From assembly GCF_963921235.1 (NCBI RefSeq), contig NC_086097.1, positions 215,018,001 through 215,082,000 of the forward strand: a stretch of 64,000 nucleotides of DNA. The letters run 5' to 3'. The position numbers were made by a program, and so were the translations under genes. This document shows positions 12,901-24,760 of this stretch, one piece after another. The DNA comes from Mobula hypostoma (lineage: Eukaryota). Under the pieces are notes generated by a model, which was not told where the DNA came from, searched no databases, and worked only from the letters and a program-made list of their open reading frames with translations. How positions within the stretch are numbered: position 1 is the first letter of the stretch; each line of letters begins with the position of its first letter.

Positions 12901-14475
12901 CCAGATGGTCTGCATCCTAGGGTGCTTAAGAAGTAGCCCAAGAAATAGTGGATGCATTAGTGATAATTTTTCAAAACTCGTTAGATTCTGGACTAGTTCC
13001 TGAGGATTGGAGGGTGGCTAATGTAACCCCACTTTTTAAAAAAGGAGGGAGAGAGAAACCGGGGAATTATAGACCGGTTAGCCTAACGTCGGTGGTGGGG
13101 AAACTGCTGGAGTCAGTTATCAAGGATGTGATAACAGCACATTTGGAAAGCGGTGAAATGATCGGACAAAGTCAGCATGGATTTGTGAAAGGTAAATCAT
13201 GTCTGACGAACCTCATAGAATTTTTTGAGGATGTAACTAGTAGAGTGGATAGGGGAGAACCAGTGGATGTGGTATATTTGGATTTTAAAAAGGCTTTTGA
13301 CAAGGTCCCACACAGGAGATTAGTGTGCAAACTTACAGCACACGGTATTGGGGGTAAGGTATTGGTGTGGGTGGAGAATTGGTTAGCAGACAGGAAGCAA
13401 AGAGTGGGAATAAACGGGACCTTTTCAGAATGGCAGGCGGTGACTAGTGGGGTACCGCAAGGCTCAGTGCTGGGACCCCAGTTGTTTACAATATATATTA
13501 ATGACTTGGATGAGGGAATTAAATGCAGCATCTCCAAGTTTGCGGATGACACGAAGCTGGGTGGCAGTGCTAGCAGTGAGGAGGATGCTAAGAGGATGCA
13601 GGGTGACTTGGATAGGTTGGGTGAGTGGGCAAATTCATGGCAGATGCAATTTAATGTGGATAAATGTGAAGTTATCCACTTTGGTGGCAAAAATAGGAAA
13701 ACAGATTATTATCTGAATGGTGGCCGATTAGGAAAAGGGGAGGTGCAACGAGACCTGGGTGTCATTATACACCAGTCATTGAAAGTGGGCATGCAGGTAC
13801 AGCAGGCGGTGAAAAAGGCGAATGGTATGCTGGCATTTATAGCGAGAGGATTCGAGTACAGGAGCAGGGAGGTACTACTGCAGTTGTACAAGGCCTTGGT
13901 GAGACCACACCTGGAGTATTGTGTGCAGTTTTGGTCCCCTAATCTGAGGAAAGACATCTTTGCCATAGAGGGAGTACAAAGAAGGTTCACCAGATTGATT
14001 CCTGGGATGGCAGGACTTTCATATGAAGAAAGACTGGATGAATTGGGCTTGTACTCGTTGGAATTTAGAAGATTGAGGGGGGATCTGATTGAAACGTATA
14101 AGATCCTAAAGGGATTGGACAGGCTAGATGCAGGAAGATTGTTCCCGATGTTGGGGAGGTCCAGAACGAGGGGTCACAGTTTGAGGATAGAGGGGAAGCC
14201 TTTTAGGACCGAGATTAGGAAAAACTTCTTCACACAGAGAGTGGTGAATCTGTGGAATTCTCTGCCACAGGAAACTGTTGAGGCCAGTTCATTGGCTATA
14301 TTTAAGAGGGAGTTAGATATGGCCCTTGTGGCTACGGGGGTCAGGGGGTATGGAGGGAAGGCTGGGGCGGGGTTCTGAGTTGGATGATCAGCCATGATCA
14401 TAATAAATGGCGGTGCAGGCTCGAAGGGCCGAATGGCCTACTCCTGCACCTATTTTCTATGTTTCTATGTTTCTA
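12901..14475 (+). mobile_element. Young 5'-truncated CR1 LINE with open 476-aa RT ORF (12948-14378)
   Basis: YLDFKKAFDKVP, GVPQGSVLGP and FADD motifs; (CTATGTTT)n tail; TSD CTAAATG (12894-12900 and 14473-14479). Confidence 0.95.
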
Positions 14476-14974
14476 AATGATGTATCTTCCATACAAGCAA
14501 ATCCCTTCAATAGACTTCAAGATGGTTGGTGCTTCAAAATATCATGACTTCGATTGTTGTAACTTTGTTTGATCTGAGGTGTGGCATTTCTGCAGTTCCA
14601 CTGTCCACTGTCATGCCAAATGTGGGGTTCTTTCCTATGTGTCATTCACAACCTTGTAGAATTCAGTACTTGAAGTGAATGGTTGTGCTTTTCATCCCTT
14701 CCAAATCATTTACTTCATGAACATCATTGTATTAGCTAGTCTGGCAGCCTCCTTAATCCCCAGGTCAAATGACTGGAAAAGTGGAATGTCTCTACCATGC
14801 TAATCATCTCCGGATCTGTACCCTCTGCATCTAATGCTCCTCAGCTAGCTTCAGCTAAACATGAAGGCTCTTTGCCTGAACAGAAACAAATGTTTGTGCT
14901 TTGTGCCCATTTTCTCACATTTATCGACAGTAGCCTCTTTAGTTCCTTATGGAGCGATTAAAGACAGGTTCAGC

Positions 14975-17900
14975 CCATAAGACTATAAAATGCAAGGGAA
15001 GTTAGCCCTTCAGGTCTGCTCCACCATTTCATCATGGCTGATCCAATTTTCCTCTCAGCCCTAATCTCCTATCTATTCTTCATATCCTATTATGTCCTGA
15101 CCAATCAAGAATGTATCAAACTCTGCCTTAAATATACATAATGACTTGGCTTCCACAGATGCTTGTGGCAAAGAATTCCACAGATTCACTACTCTCAGGC
15201 TAAAGAAATTCCCCCTCATCTCCACTCTAAAAGTACGCCCCTCTACTCTGAGGCTGTGTCTTCTGGTCTTAGGCTCTCCCACTACAGGAAACATTCTCTC
15301 CACATCCACACTATCAAGGCCTTTCACCATTTGATAGGTTTCAATGAGGTCACCCCTCATTCTTCTGAATTCTAGTGAACACAGGTCCAAAGTCATCAAA
15401 CGCTCTTCATATGACAAGCCGTTCAACCCTGGAACTATTTTTGTGAACCTTCTTTGAATTCTCTCCAGTTTCAGCACATCCTTTCTAAGATAAGAGCCCA
15501 AAACCACTCACAAGGCCTCTCCAGTGCTTTACAAAGTCTCAACATTACATCCTTGCTTTTATAGTCTAGTCCTCTGGAAATGAATGCTAATATCATATTT
15601 GCCTTCCTCACCACAGACTCATCCTGCAAATTAACCTTTAGGGAATACCGCACGAGGTCTCCCAAGTCCCCTTGCGCATCAGTTTTCTGTATTTTCTCTC
15701 GATTCAGAAAATAGTCAACCCTTTTATTTCTTCCACCAAAGTGCATGACCATACACTTCGTGACACTGTATTCCATCTGCCATTTCTTTGCCCATTCTCC
15801 TAATCTGTCTAAGTCCTTCTGTAACATCTCTACTTCATCAAAACTACCTGCCCCTCCACTTATCGTCATATTAACTGCAACCTTTGCAACAGAACCATCA
15901 ATTCTATCACCCAAATCATTGACTTATATCGTAAAAAGAATAGGTCCTAACACAGACCCATGTGGAACAACACTAGTCACTGGCAGACAGCCAGAAAAGG
16001 CTCCCTTTATTCCCGCTCTTTGCCTCCTGTTTTATACATGCTAGAACCTTCCCTGTAATACCATGTTGCGTGGCCAAGTGGTTAAGGCGTCGATCTAGTG
16101 ATCTGAAGGTCGCTAGTTCGAGCCTCAGCTGAGGCAACGTGTTGTGTACTTGAGCAAGGCACTTAACCACACATTGCTCTGTGACGACACTGGTGCCAAG
16201 CTGTATCGGCCCTAGTGCCCTTCCCTTGGACAACATCGGTAGCATGGAGAGGGGAGACTTGCAGCATGGGCAACTGCCGGTCTTCCATACAACCTTCCCC
16301 AGGCCTGCGCCCTGGAAACCTTCCAAGGCGCAAATCCATGGTCTCACGAGACTAACGGATGCCTATTATTAATAACAAGGACTCATAGATTGTTAAACAG
16401 CCTCATGTGTGGCAACTTGTCAAAGGCCTTCTGAAAATCCAAGTACTGAATATCAACCCATTCTCCTTTGTCTATCCTATCATTATTTCTTCAAAGAATT
16501 CCAACAGATTTGTCAGGCACGATTTTCTCTTGAGGAAACCATGCTGATTACAGCCTATTTTATCATGTGCCTCCAAGTACCCTGCCTTAATAATCGATTC
16601 CAACATCATCCCAACCATTGAGGCCAAACTAACTGTCATAGTTTCCTTTCTTCTGCCTCTCTCCCTTCTTGAAGAGTGGACTGACATCTGCACTTTTCCA
16701 GAATCTGGTAATTCTTGAAAGATCATAACTAATGCCTCCACCATCGCTTCAGCCACCTCCTTCAGAACCCTGTGGTGTACACCATCTGGTCCAGGTACCT
16801 TTTTACCTTTGAACTTTTCAGTTTCCCGAGAACCTTCTCTCTAGTACTGCTAACTTCAAACACTTCATGACCCCTGACACCTAAAACTTCCACCATACTG
16901 TTAATGTCTTTCACAGTGAAAATTAATGCAAAGTACTTAATCTGTTCATCTGCCATTTCATTGTCCCCCATTACTACATCTCTAGCATCGTTTTCCATTG
17001 GTCCAATATCCACTCTCACCTCTCTTTTACACTTTATGTATCTGAAGAAACTTTTGGTATCCTCTTTAATATTACAGACTAGCTTACTTTTGTATTCCAT
17101 CTTTAACTTCTTAATAACTGTTTAGTTGCGTTCTGCTGGTTTTTAAAAGCTTCCCAGTCCTCTAACTACATTCCCACTAATTTTTGCTCTATTATATGCC
17201 CTCTCTTTGGCTTTTATGTTGGCTTTGACTTCTTTTGTTAGCCACGGTTGTGTCATCTGCCTTTAGAATATTTCTTTCTCTTTGGGATATGTATATCCTG
17301 TGCCTTCCAAACCGCTTCCAGGAATTCCAGCCAAAACTGCCATGCTGTCATCCTTACCAGTGTTCTTTTCCAATCAATGCTGGCCAACTCCTCTCTCATG
17401 CCTCTGTAATTCCCTTTATTCCACTGTAAAACTGATACAGCTGACTTTAGCTTCTCCTCAAGTTTCAGGGTGAATTCGATCATATTGTATGATCACTTGC
17501 CACTTTTACTTTAAGCTCTCTAATCACTTCCAGTTCATTGCACAACACCCAATCCAGAATAGCTGATCTCCTAGTGGGTTCAACCATGAGCTGATCTAAA
17601 ACGCTATCTCATAGGCACTCTAGAAATTCCCCCTACTGGAATCCAGCACCAACCTGATTTTCCCAATCTACCTGTATATTGAAATTCCCCATGACTATTG
17701 TAACATTGCCCTTTCGGCATGCAATTTCAATCTCCCATTTTAAATTGTAGTCCATATCCTTACGACTATTTGAGGGTCTGTATATAACTCCCATCAGGAT
17801 CTTTTTACCCTTTCAGTTCCTTTGCTCTATTCACAATGATTCATCACCTTCTGACCCTATGGCATCTCTTGCTAATGACTTGATTTAATTTTTTACCAAC

Positions 17901-18233
17901 AGAGCCACACCATCCCTGCTGCCTTCCTGCCTGTCCTTTCGATACAATGTGTATCTTTGGATGTGAAGCTCCCAGTTATAATCTTCTTTCTGCCATTTTT
18001 CAGTGATGCCTATATCTTCATACATGCCAACCTGTAACTGTGCTACAAATCCATCTACCTTATTCCGTATACTACCTGTATTCAAATATAACACCTTCAG
18101 TCCTGTATTCACCTGTTTCAATTTTGGCCAACTTTTACATTGCAACTCATCCTGTTGACTGCAGTTTTGCCCAATCAACAGCCTTTCTTCACTACACATT
18201 GCCTCTGTTTATCAACCAGCTACCTCATCTTCA
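14975..18233 (-). mobile_element. Old degenerate CR1 (ORF2 EN-RT), interrupted by a SINE
   Basis: Fragmented ORFs 17885-18199 (EN: LYLNTGSIRNK...GITE), 16762-17100, 16472-16756, 15471-15914 and 15073-15507. Confidence 0.9.
16065..16370 (+). mobile_element. tRNA-derived CORE-like SINE
   Basis: A box TGGCCAAGTGG, B box GTTCGAGCC, CORE-like TTGAGCAAGGCACTTAACC, (TAT)n end; degenerate TSD TAATACCATG/TAATAACAAG within the host CR1. Confidence 0.8.
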
Positions 18234-18393
18234 GAATTAGAATCGGATTTAATATCAGGACATGGGTCATGAAATTTGGTAACTTTACAGCAGCAGCACA
18301 ATGAAATACATGATAAATAAATATAGAAACATAGAAAATAGGTGCAGGAGTAGGCCATTCGGCCCTTCGAGCCTGCACCGCCATTTATTATGA

Positions 18394-21300
18394 TCATGGC
18401 TGATCATCCAACTCAGAACCCCGCCCCAGCCTTCCCTCCATACCCCCTGACCCCTGTAGCCACAGGGCCATATCTAACTCCCTCTTAAACATAGTCAATG
18501 AACTGGCCTCAACAGTTTGCTGTGGCAGAGAATTCCACAGATTCACCACTCTCTGTGTGAAGAAGTTTTTCCTAATCTCGGTCCTAAAAGGCTTCCCCTC
18601 TATCCTCAAACTGTGACCCCTCGTTCTGGACTTCCCCAACATCGGGAACAATCTTCCTGCATCCAGCCTGTCCAATCCCTTTAGGATCTTATACGTTTCA
18701 ATCAGATCCCCCCTCAATCTTCTAAATTCCAACGAGTACAAGCCCAGTTCATCCAGTCTTTCTTCATATGAAAGTCCTGCCATCCCAGGAATCAATCTGG
18801 TGAACCTTCTTTGTACTCCCTCTATGGCAAAGATGTCTTTCCTCAGCTTAGGGGACCAAAACTGCACACAATACTCCAGGTGTGGTCTCACCAAGGCCTT
18901 GTACAACTGCAGTAGTACCTCCCTGCTCCTGTACTCGAATCCTCTCGCTATAAATGCCAGCATACCATTCACCTTTTTCACCGCCTGCTGTACCTGCATG
19001 CCCACTTTCAATGGCTGGTGTATAATGACACCCAGGTCTCGTTGCACCTCCCCTTTTCCTAATCGGCCACCATTCAGATAATAATCTGTTTTCCTATTTT
19101 TGCCACCAAAGTGGATAACTTCACATTTATCCACATTAAATTGCATCTGCCATGAGTTTGCCCACTCACCCAACCTATCCAAGTCACCCTGCATCCTCTT
19201 AGCATCCTCCTCACTGCTAACACTGCCACCTAGCTTCGTGTCATCCGCAAACTTGGAGATGCTGCATTTAATTCCCTCATCCAAGTCATTAATATATATT
19301 GTAAACAACTGGGGTCCCAGCACTGAGCCTTGCGGTACCCCACTAGTCACCGCCTGCCATTCTGAAAAGGTCCCGTTTATTCCCACTCTTTGCTTCCTGT
19401 CTGCTAACCAATTCTCCACCCACACCAATACCTTACCCCCAATACCGTGTGCTTTAAGTTTGCACACTAATCTCCTGTGTGGGACCTTGTCAAAAGCCTT
19501 TTTAAAATCCAAATATACCACATCCACTGGTTCTCCCCTATCCACTCTACTAGTTACATCCTCAAAAAATTCTATGAGATTCGTCAGACATGATTTTCCT
19601 TTCACAAATCCATGCTGACTTTGTCCGATCATTTCTCCGCTTTCCAAATGTGCTGTTATCACATCTTTGATAACTGACTCCAGCAGTTTCCCCACCACCA
19701 ACGTTAGGCTAACCGGTCTATAATTCCCCGGTTTCTCTCTCCCTCCTTTTTTAAAAATTGGGGTTCCATTAGCCACCCTCCAATCCTCAGGAACTAGTCC
19801 AGAATCTAACGAGTTCTGAAAAATTATCACTAATGCATCCACTATTTCTTGGGCTACTTCCTTAAGCACTCTAGGATGCAGACCATCTGGCCCTGGGGAT
19901 TTATCTGCCTTCAATCCCTTCAATTTACCTAACACCACTTCCCTACTAACATGTATTTCACTCAGTTCCTCCATCTCACTGGACCCTCTGTCCCTTACTA
20001 TTTCTGGAAGATTATTTATGTCCTCCTTAGTGAAGACAGAACCAAAGTAATTATTCAATTGGTCTGCCATGTCCTTGCTCCCCATAATCAATTCACCTGT
20101 TTCTGTCTGCAGGGGACCTACATTTGTCTTTACCAGTCTTTTCCTTTTTACATATCTATAAAAGCTTTTACAGTCCGTTTTTATGTTCTCTGCCAGTTTT
20201 CTCTCATAATCTTTTTTCCCCTTCCTAATTAAGCCCTTTGTCCTCCTCTGCTGAACTCTGAATTTCTCCCAGTCCTCAGGTGAGCCACTTTCTCTGGCTA
20301 ATTTGTATGCTACTTCTTTGGAATTGATACTATCCCTAATTTCTCTTGTCAGCCACGGGTGCACTACCTTCCTTGATTTATTCTTTTGCCAAACTGAGAT
20401 GAACAATTGTTGTAGTTCATCCATGCAACCTATAAATGCTTGCCATTGCATATCCACCGTCAATCCTTTAAGTGTCATTTGCCAGTCTATCTTAGCTAAT
20501 TCACGTCTCATACCTTCAAAGTTACCCCTCTTTAAGTTCAGAACCTTTGTTTCTGAATTAACTATGTCACTCTCCATATTAATGAAGAATTCCACCATAT
20601 TATGGTCACTCTTACCCAAGGGGCCTCTCACGACAAGATCGCTAATTAACCCTTCCTCATTGCTCAAAACCCAGTCCAGAATAGCCTGCTCAGTAGTCGG
20701 TTCCTCGACATGTTGGTTCAAAAAACCATCCCGCATACATTCCAAGAAATCCTCTTCCTCAGTACCTTTACCAATTTGGTTCACCCAGTCTACATGTAGA
20801 TTGAAGTCACCCATTATAACTGCTGTTCCTTTATTGCACACATTTCTAATTTCCTGTTTAATACCATCTCCGACCTCATTACTACTGTTAGGTGGCCTGT
20901 ACACAACTCCCACCAGCGTCTTCTGCCCCTTAGTGTTACGCAGCTCTACCCATATCGATTCCACATCTTCCCGGCTTATGTCCTTCCTTTCTATTGCGTT
21001 AATCTCTTCTTTAACCAGCAACGCCACCCCACCTCCCCTTCCTTCATGTCTATCCCTCCTGAATATTGAATATCCCTGAACGTTGAGCTCCCATCCCTGG
21101 TCACCCTGGAGCCATGTCTCTGTGATTCCAACTATATCATAATCATTAATAACAATCTGCGCTTTCAATTCATCCACCTTATTACGAATGCTCCTTGCAT
21201 TGACACATAAAGCCTTCAGGCGCTCTTTTACAACTCTCTTAGCCCTTGTACAATTATGTTGAAAAGTGGCCCTTTTTAATGCTTGCCCTGGATTTGTCGG

Positions 21301-21444
21301 CCTGCCACTTTTACTTTTCTCCTTTGTACTTTTTGCTTCTATGCTCACTTTACACCCCTCTGTCTCTCTGCACTGGTTCCCATCCCTCTGTTGTGAACTA
21401 ACCTCCTCACGCCTAGCCTCTTTAATTTGATTCCCACCCCCCAA
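18394..21444 (-). CDS. CR1 ORF2: APE endonuclease plus reverse transcriptase (1016 aa; 1-bp deletion near 18464 alters the last residues)
   Basis: NARSIRNK, GITETW, GDFN, SDH, YLDFKKAFD and FADD motifs; GCCACAGGG here versus GCCACAAGGG in sibling copies. Confidence 0.93.
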   Translation of the reverse strand: MGGGNQIKEARREEVSSQQRDGNQCRETEGCKVSIEAKSTKEKSKSGRPTNPGQALKRATFQHNCTRAKRVVKERLKALCVNARSIRNKVDELKAQIVINDYDIVGITETWLQGDQGWELNVQGYSIFRRDRHEGRGGGVALLVKEEINAIERKDISREDVESIWVELRNTKGQKTLVGVVYRPPNSSNEVGDGIKQEIRNVCNKGTAVIMGDFNLHVDWVNQIGKGTEEEDFLECMRDGFLNQHVEEPTTEQAILDWVLSNEEGLISDLVVRGPLGKSDHNMVEFFINMESDIVNSETKVLNLKRGNFEGMRRELAKIDWQMTLKGLTVDMQWQAFIGCMDELQQLFISVWQKNKSRKVVHPWLTREIRDSINSKEVAYKLARESGSPEDWEKFRVQQRRTKGLIRKGKKDYERKLAENIKTDCKSFYRYVKRKRLVKTNVGPLQTETGELIMGSKDMADQLNNYFGSVFTKEDINNLPEIVRDRGSSEMEELSEIHVSREVVLGKLKGLKADKSPGPDGLHPRVLKEVAQEIVDALVIIFQNSLDSGLVPEDWRVANGTPIFKKGGREKPGNYRPVSLTLVVGKLLESVIKDVITAHLESGEMIGQSQHGFVKGKSCLTNLIEFFEDVTSRVDRGEPVDVVYLDFKKAFDKVPHRRLVCKLKAHGIGGKVLVWVENWLADRKQRVGINGTFSEWQAVTSGVPQGSVLGPQLFTIYINDLDEGIKCSISKFADDTKLGGSVSSEEDAKRMQGDLDRLGEWANSWQMQFNVDKCEVIHFGGKNRKTDYYLNGGRLGKGEVQRDLGVIIHQPLKVGMQVQQAVKKVNGMLAFIARGFEYRSREVLLQLYKALVRPHLEYCVQFWSPKLRKDIFAIEGVQRRFTRLIPGMAGLSYEERLDELGLYSLEFRRLRGDLIETYKILKGLDRLDAGRLFPMLGKSRTRGHSLRIEGKPFRTEIRKNFFTQRVVNLWNSLPQQTVEASSLTMFKRELDMALWLQGSGGMEGRLGRGSELDDQP

Positions 21445-21449
21445 CCATT

Positions 21450-22385
21450 CTAGTTTAAAGTCACCTCAGTAGCCCCCGCTAATCTCCCCACCAGGATATT
21501 GGTCCCCCTAGGATTCAAGTGTAACCCGTCCTTTTTGTACAGGTCACGCCTGCGCCAAAAGAGGTCCCAATGATCCAAAAACTTGAATCCCTGCCCCCTG
21601 CTCCAATCCCTCAGCCACGCATTTATCCTCCACCTCATCGCATTCCTACTCTCACTGTCGCATAGCACAGGCAGTAATCCAGAGATTACTACCTTTGCGG
21701 TCCTTTTTCTCAACTCCCTTCCTAGCTCCCTATATTCTCCTTTCAGGACCTTATCCCTTTTCCTACCTATGTCATTGGTACCTATATGTACCACGACCTC
21801 TGGCTCCTCACCCTCTCACTTCAGGATATCTTGGACACGATCAGAAATATCCCGGACCCTGGCACCAGGGAGGCAAACTACCATCCGGGTCTCTGGACTG
21901 CGTCCACAGAATCGCCTATCTGACCCCCTTACTATCGAGTCCCCTATCACAACTGCCCTCCTCTTCCTTGCCCTACCCTTCTGAGCTACAGGGCTGGACT
22001 CTGTGCCGGAGGCACGGCCACTGTCGCTTCCCCCGGGTAAGCTGTCCCCCCCAACAGTACTCAAACAGGAGTACCTGTTGTTAAGGGGCACAGCCACCGG
22101 GGTACTCCCCATCACCTGCCTTTTCCCCTTCCCCCTCCTAACCGTGACCCACTTGTCTGCCTCTCGTGGCCCCGGCGTGACCACCTGCCTTCTACTCCTC
22201 TCTATCACCTCCTCGCTCTCCCTGACCAGACGAAGGTCATCGAGCTGCAGCTCCAGTTCCGTAACGCGGTCCCTTAGGAGCTGCATCTCGATGCACTTGG
22301 CACAGATGTAGACGTCCGGGAGGCTTGGAGACTCCAGGGCCTCCCACATCCGACACCGAGAACAGCAAACTGCCCTCACAGTCAT
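21450..22385 (-). pseudogene. CR1 ORF1 (Cys zinc finger, coiled coil, SGNH-esterase-like domain) with one in-frame TGA at 21816-21818
   Basis: CSRC...CAKC, VIGDSIVRG, HIGTND and DGLHL motifs; reads GAT ATC CTG AAG TGA GAG GGT in frame across the two listed ORFs. Confidence 0.9.
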
Positions 22386-22548
22386 AATGCCCCTCTCCTC
22401 AAATAGCAACAGAAAATGAATGTCAAACCTTCCTCGCCTCGCCCGCTTCCGCCTAAGCCCGGTGAGCCGAAGCCCTTAAATCTTCACTCTGCTCCCGGCT
22501 CACTCCACCGCCCGCAAACTATGCTGCCCGCTCTATGAGGCTTTGTTC

Positions 22549-22862
22549 CTTTTAAATCTGCCGCGCTGCACTGCCCGACGTCACACGACTGCGCAGTCCC
22601 GCCTCTCAGAAAGCCGTTGGAGAAAAAAAAATAACGAAAATTTCAAAAATCTTTCTCGGCACTCCCACTCAGACTCTCAGACTCCTTCTTCAAATCAAAC
22701 CCGAAGCAGGATGTCTGCCCTTTTAAATCTGCCGCGCTGCACTGCCCGACGTCACATGCCTGTGCAGTCCCGCCTCTCAGAAAGCCGTTGGAGAAAAAAA
22801 AATAACGAAAATTTCAAAAATCTTTCTCGGCACTCCCACTCAGACTCTCAGACTCCTTCTTC
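22549..22862 (-). promoter_or_regulatory. 171-bp-period tandem monomers at the CR1 5' end; probable internal promoter
   Basis: CTTTTAAATCTGCCGCGCTGC... starts at 22549 and again at 22720; CpG-rich; minus strand has TGACGTC, AGGCGGGAC and TTTAAAAG motifs. Confidence 0.6.
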
Positions 22863-22879
22863 GAATCGAAAAATATAGA

Positions 22880-24627
22880 GAAAAAAATTCAGTTACATTA
22901 AATATATGTATGTCTATTAATAGTTAACTTAAAATAAGTAATACAAAATAACAGAAATAAAAAAAGTAGTTAGGTAGTATTTACGGGTTCAATGTCCATT
23001 TAGGAATTGGATGGCAGAGGGGAAGAAGCTGTTCCTGAATCGCTGAGTGTGTGCCTTCAGGCTTCTGTACCTCCTACCTGATGGTAACAGTGAGAAAAGG
23101 ACATGCCCTGGGTGCTGGGGGTCCTTAATGATAGATGCTGCCTTTCTGAGACACCACTCCTTGAAGACGTCCTGGGTACTTTGTGGGCTAGTACCCAAGA
23201 TGGAGCCGACTAAGTTTACAATCCTCTGCAGTTTCTTTCAGTCCTGTGCAGTAGCTCCTCCCCCACCCCACCCCTACTAGACAGTGATGCAGCCTGTCAG
23301 AGTGATTTTCACGGTACATCTATAGCAGTTTTTGAGTGTATTTGTTGACATACTAAATCTCTTCAAACTCCTAATGAAGTATAGTAGCTGTCTTGCCTTC
23401 TTTATAGCTGCATCGAGATGTCAGGACCAGGTTAGAGATCTTGACACCCAGGAATTTGAAACTGCTCACTCTCTCCATTTCTGATCCTTCTGAGGATTGG
23501 TATGTGTTCCTTCATCTTACCCTTCCTGAAGTCCGCAAACAGTATTGTGGGAATGATGGTGTTAAATGCTGAGCTATGGTCAATGAATGGCATCCTGACA
23601 TAGGTGTTTGTGTTGTCCAGGTGGAGAGCTATTGAGATTGCATCTGCCATTGACCTATTATGGCGATAGGCAAATTGCAATGGGTTCAGGTCCTTGCTGA
23701 GGCAGGGGTTCATTCTAGTCATGACCAACCCCTCAAAGCATTTCATCAGTGTAGATGTGGAGCTACTGGGTGATAGGCATTAAGACAGCCCACATTATTC
23801 TTCTTAGGAACTGGTATAAATGTTGCCTTTTTGATGTAAGTGGGAACTTTCATCCGTAGCAGTGAGAAGTTGAAAATGTCCTTGAATACTCCCGCCAGCT
23901 GTTGGCGCAGGTTTTCAGAGCCTTACCAGGCACTCCAGCAGGGCCTTTTGCCTCATGTGGGTTCACCCTCTTTAGAGACAGCCTAACATCGGCATCTGAA
24001 ATAGAGCTCACAGGATGACTGGCTGCCTCAGGGATCTTCACAGCTGTGGCTGCGTTCTCCCTATCAAAGTGTGCATAGAAGGTGTTGAGTTCATCTGGTA
24101 GTGAAGCATCGCTGCCATTCATGCTATTGGGTTTTGCTTTGTAGGAAATGATGTCTTGCAGACCCTGCCAGAGTTGTCCTACATCTGACGTCGCCTCCAA
24201 TTTTGTTTGAAATTGTCTCTTCGCCCTTGAAATAGCCCTCTGCAAATCATACCTGGTTTTCTGGTACAGACCTTGGTCGCCAGCCCTGAATGCCACAGAT
24301 TCAGCCTTCAGCTTGGTGTGTACCTCCCGGTTCATCCACGGCTTTTGGTTTGGGAATGTACAGTAAGTCTTTACATCCACACAGGTTTGAATGAAGTTGG
24401 TAACAACTGCAGCATACTCATCCAGGTTCAAAGATGAATCCCTGAATACAGCCCAATCCACCGATTCAAAGCAGTTCTGTAAATGCTCCTGTGCTTCCCT
24501 TGTCCAAACCTTCTTGGCCTTCACTACTGGTGCTGCAGTCTCCAGTCTCCGCCTATACTCAGGGAGTAGAAGTACAGCCAGGTGATCAGACTTCCCGAAG
24601 TGAGGGTGTGGGATAGGACAGTAGGCA
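22880..24627 (-). mobile_element. Rex1/Babar-like LINE (degenerate); its 3' tail is at ~18232-18320, displaced by the CR1
   Basis: ORFs 23850-24755 (SDH, PNQKPW), 23432-23746 ([16 protein letters not shown]) and 22989-23198 (RFRNSFFPSAI). Confidence 0.85.
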
Positions 24628-24760
24628 GGGCTAACGAAGTTTTTCAGCCCAAAAGGTCGGCTATACTCTTTTCCGTAGATGCTGCCTGTCCTGCTGAGTT
24701 CCTCCAGCATTTTGTGTGTGTTGCTCGGATTTCCAGCATCTGCAGATTTTCTCATGCTTG
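24628..24760 (+). mobile_element. Penelope-like terminal fragment, hammerhead heavily decayed
   Basis: GATGCTGCCTGTCCTGCTGAGTTCCTCCAGCATTTTGTGTG homologous to the other copies. Confidence 0.7.

Larger units (their letters stand above)
18323..22870 (-). mobile_element. Full-length young CR1 LINE (5' UTR, ORF1, ORF2, tail)
   Basis: ORF1 and ORF2 both present; tail CTATGTTTCTAT; flanking direct repeat AAATATAGA (18319-18327 and 22871-22879); inserted in the 3' UTR of a Rex-like LINE. Confidence 0.95.

Noticed and set aside
16065..16140. tRNA gene
   Set aside because: A and B boxes run into a SINE body and tail with a TSD; it is a SINE head.
19100..21079. Plus-strand 172-aa and 258-aa ORFs as host genes
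   Set aside because: Antisense shadows of CR1 ORF2, recurring opposite the other young CR1 copies.
21816..21818. In-frame TGA in CR1 ORF1 as programmed readthrough or selenocysteine
   Set aside because: A point nonsense mutation is simpler; no second intact ORF1 copy in the window to show conservation.
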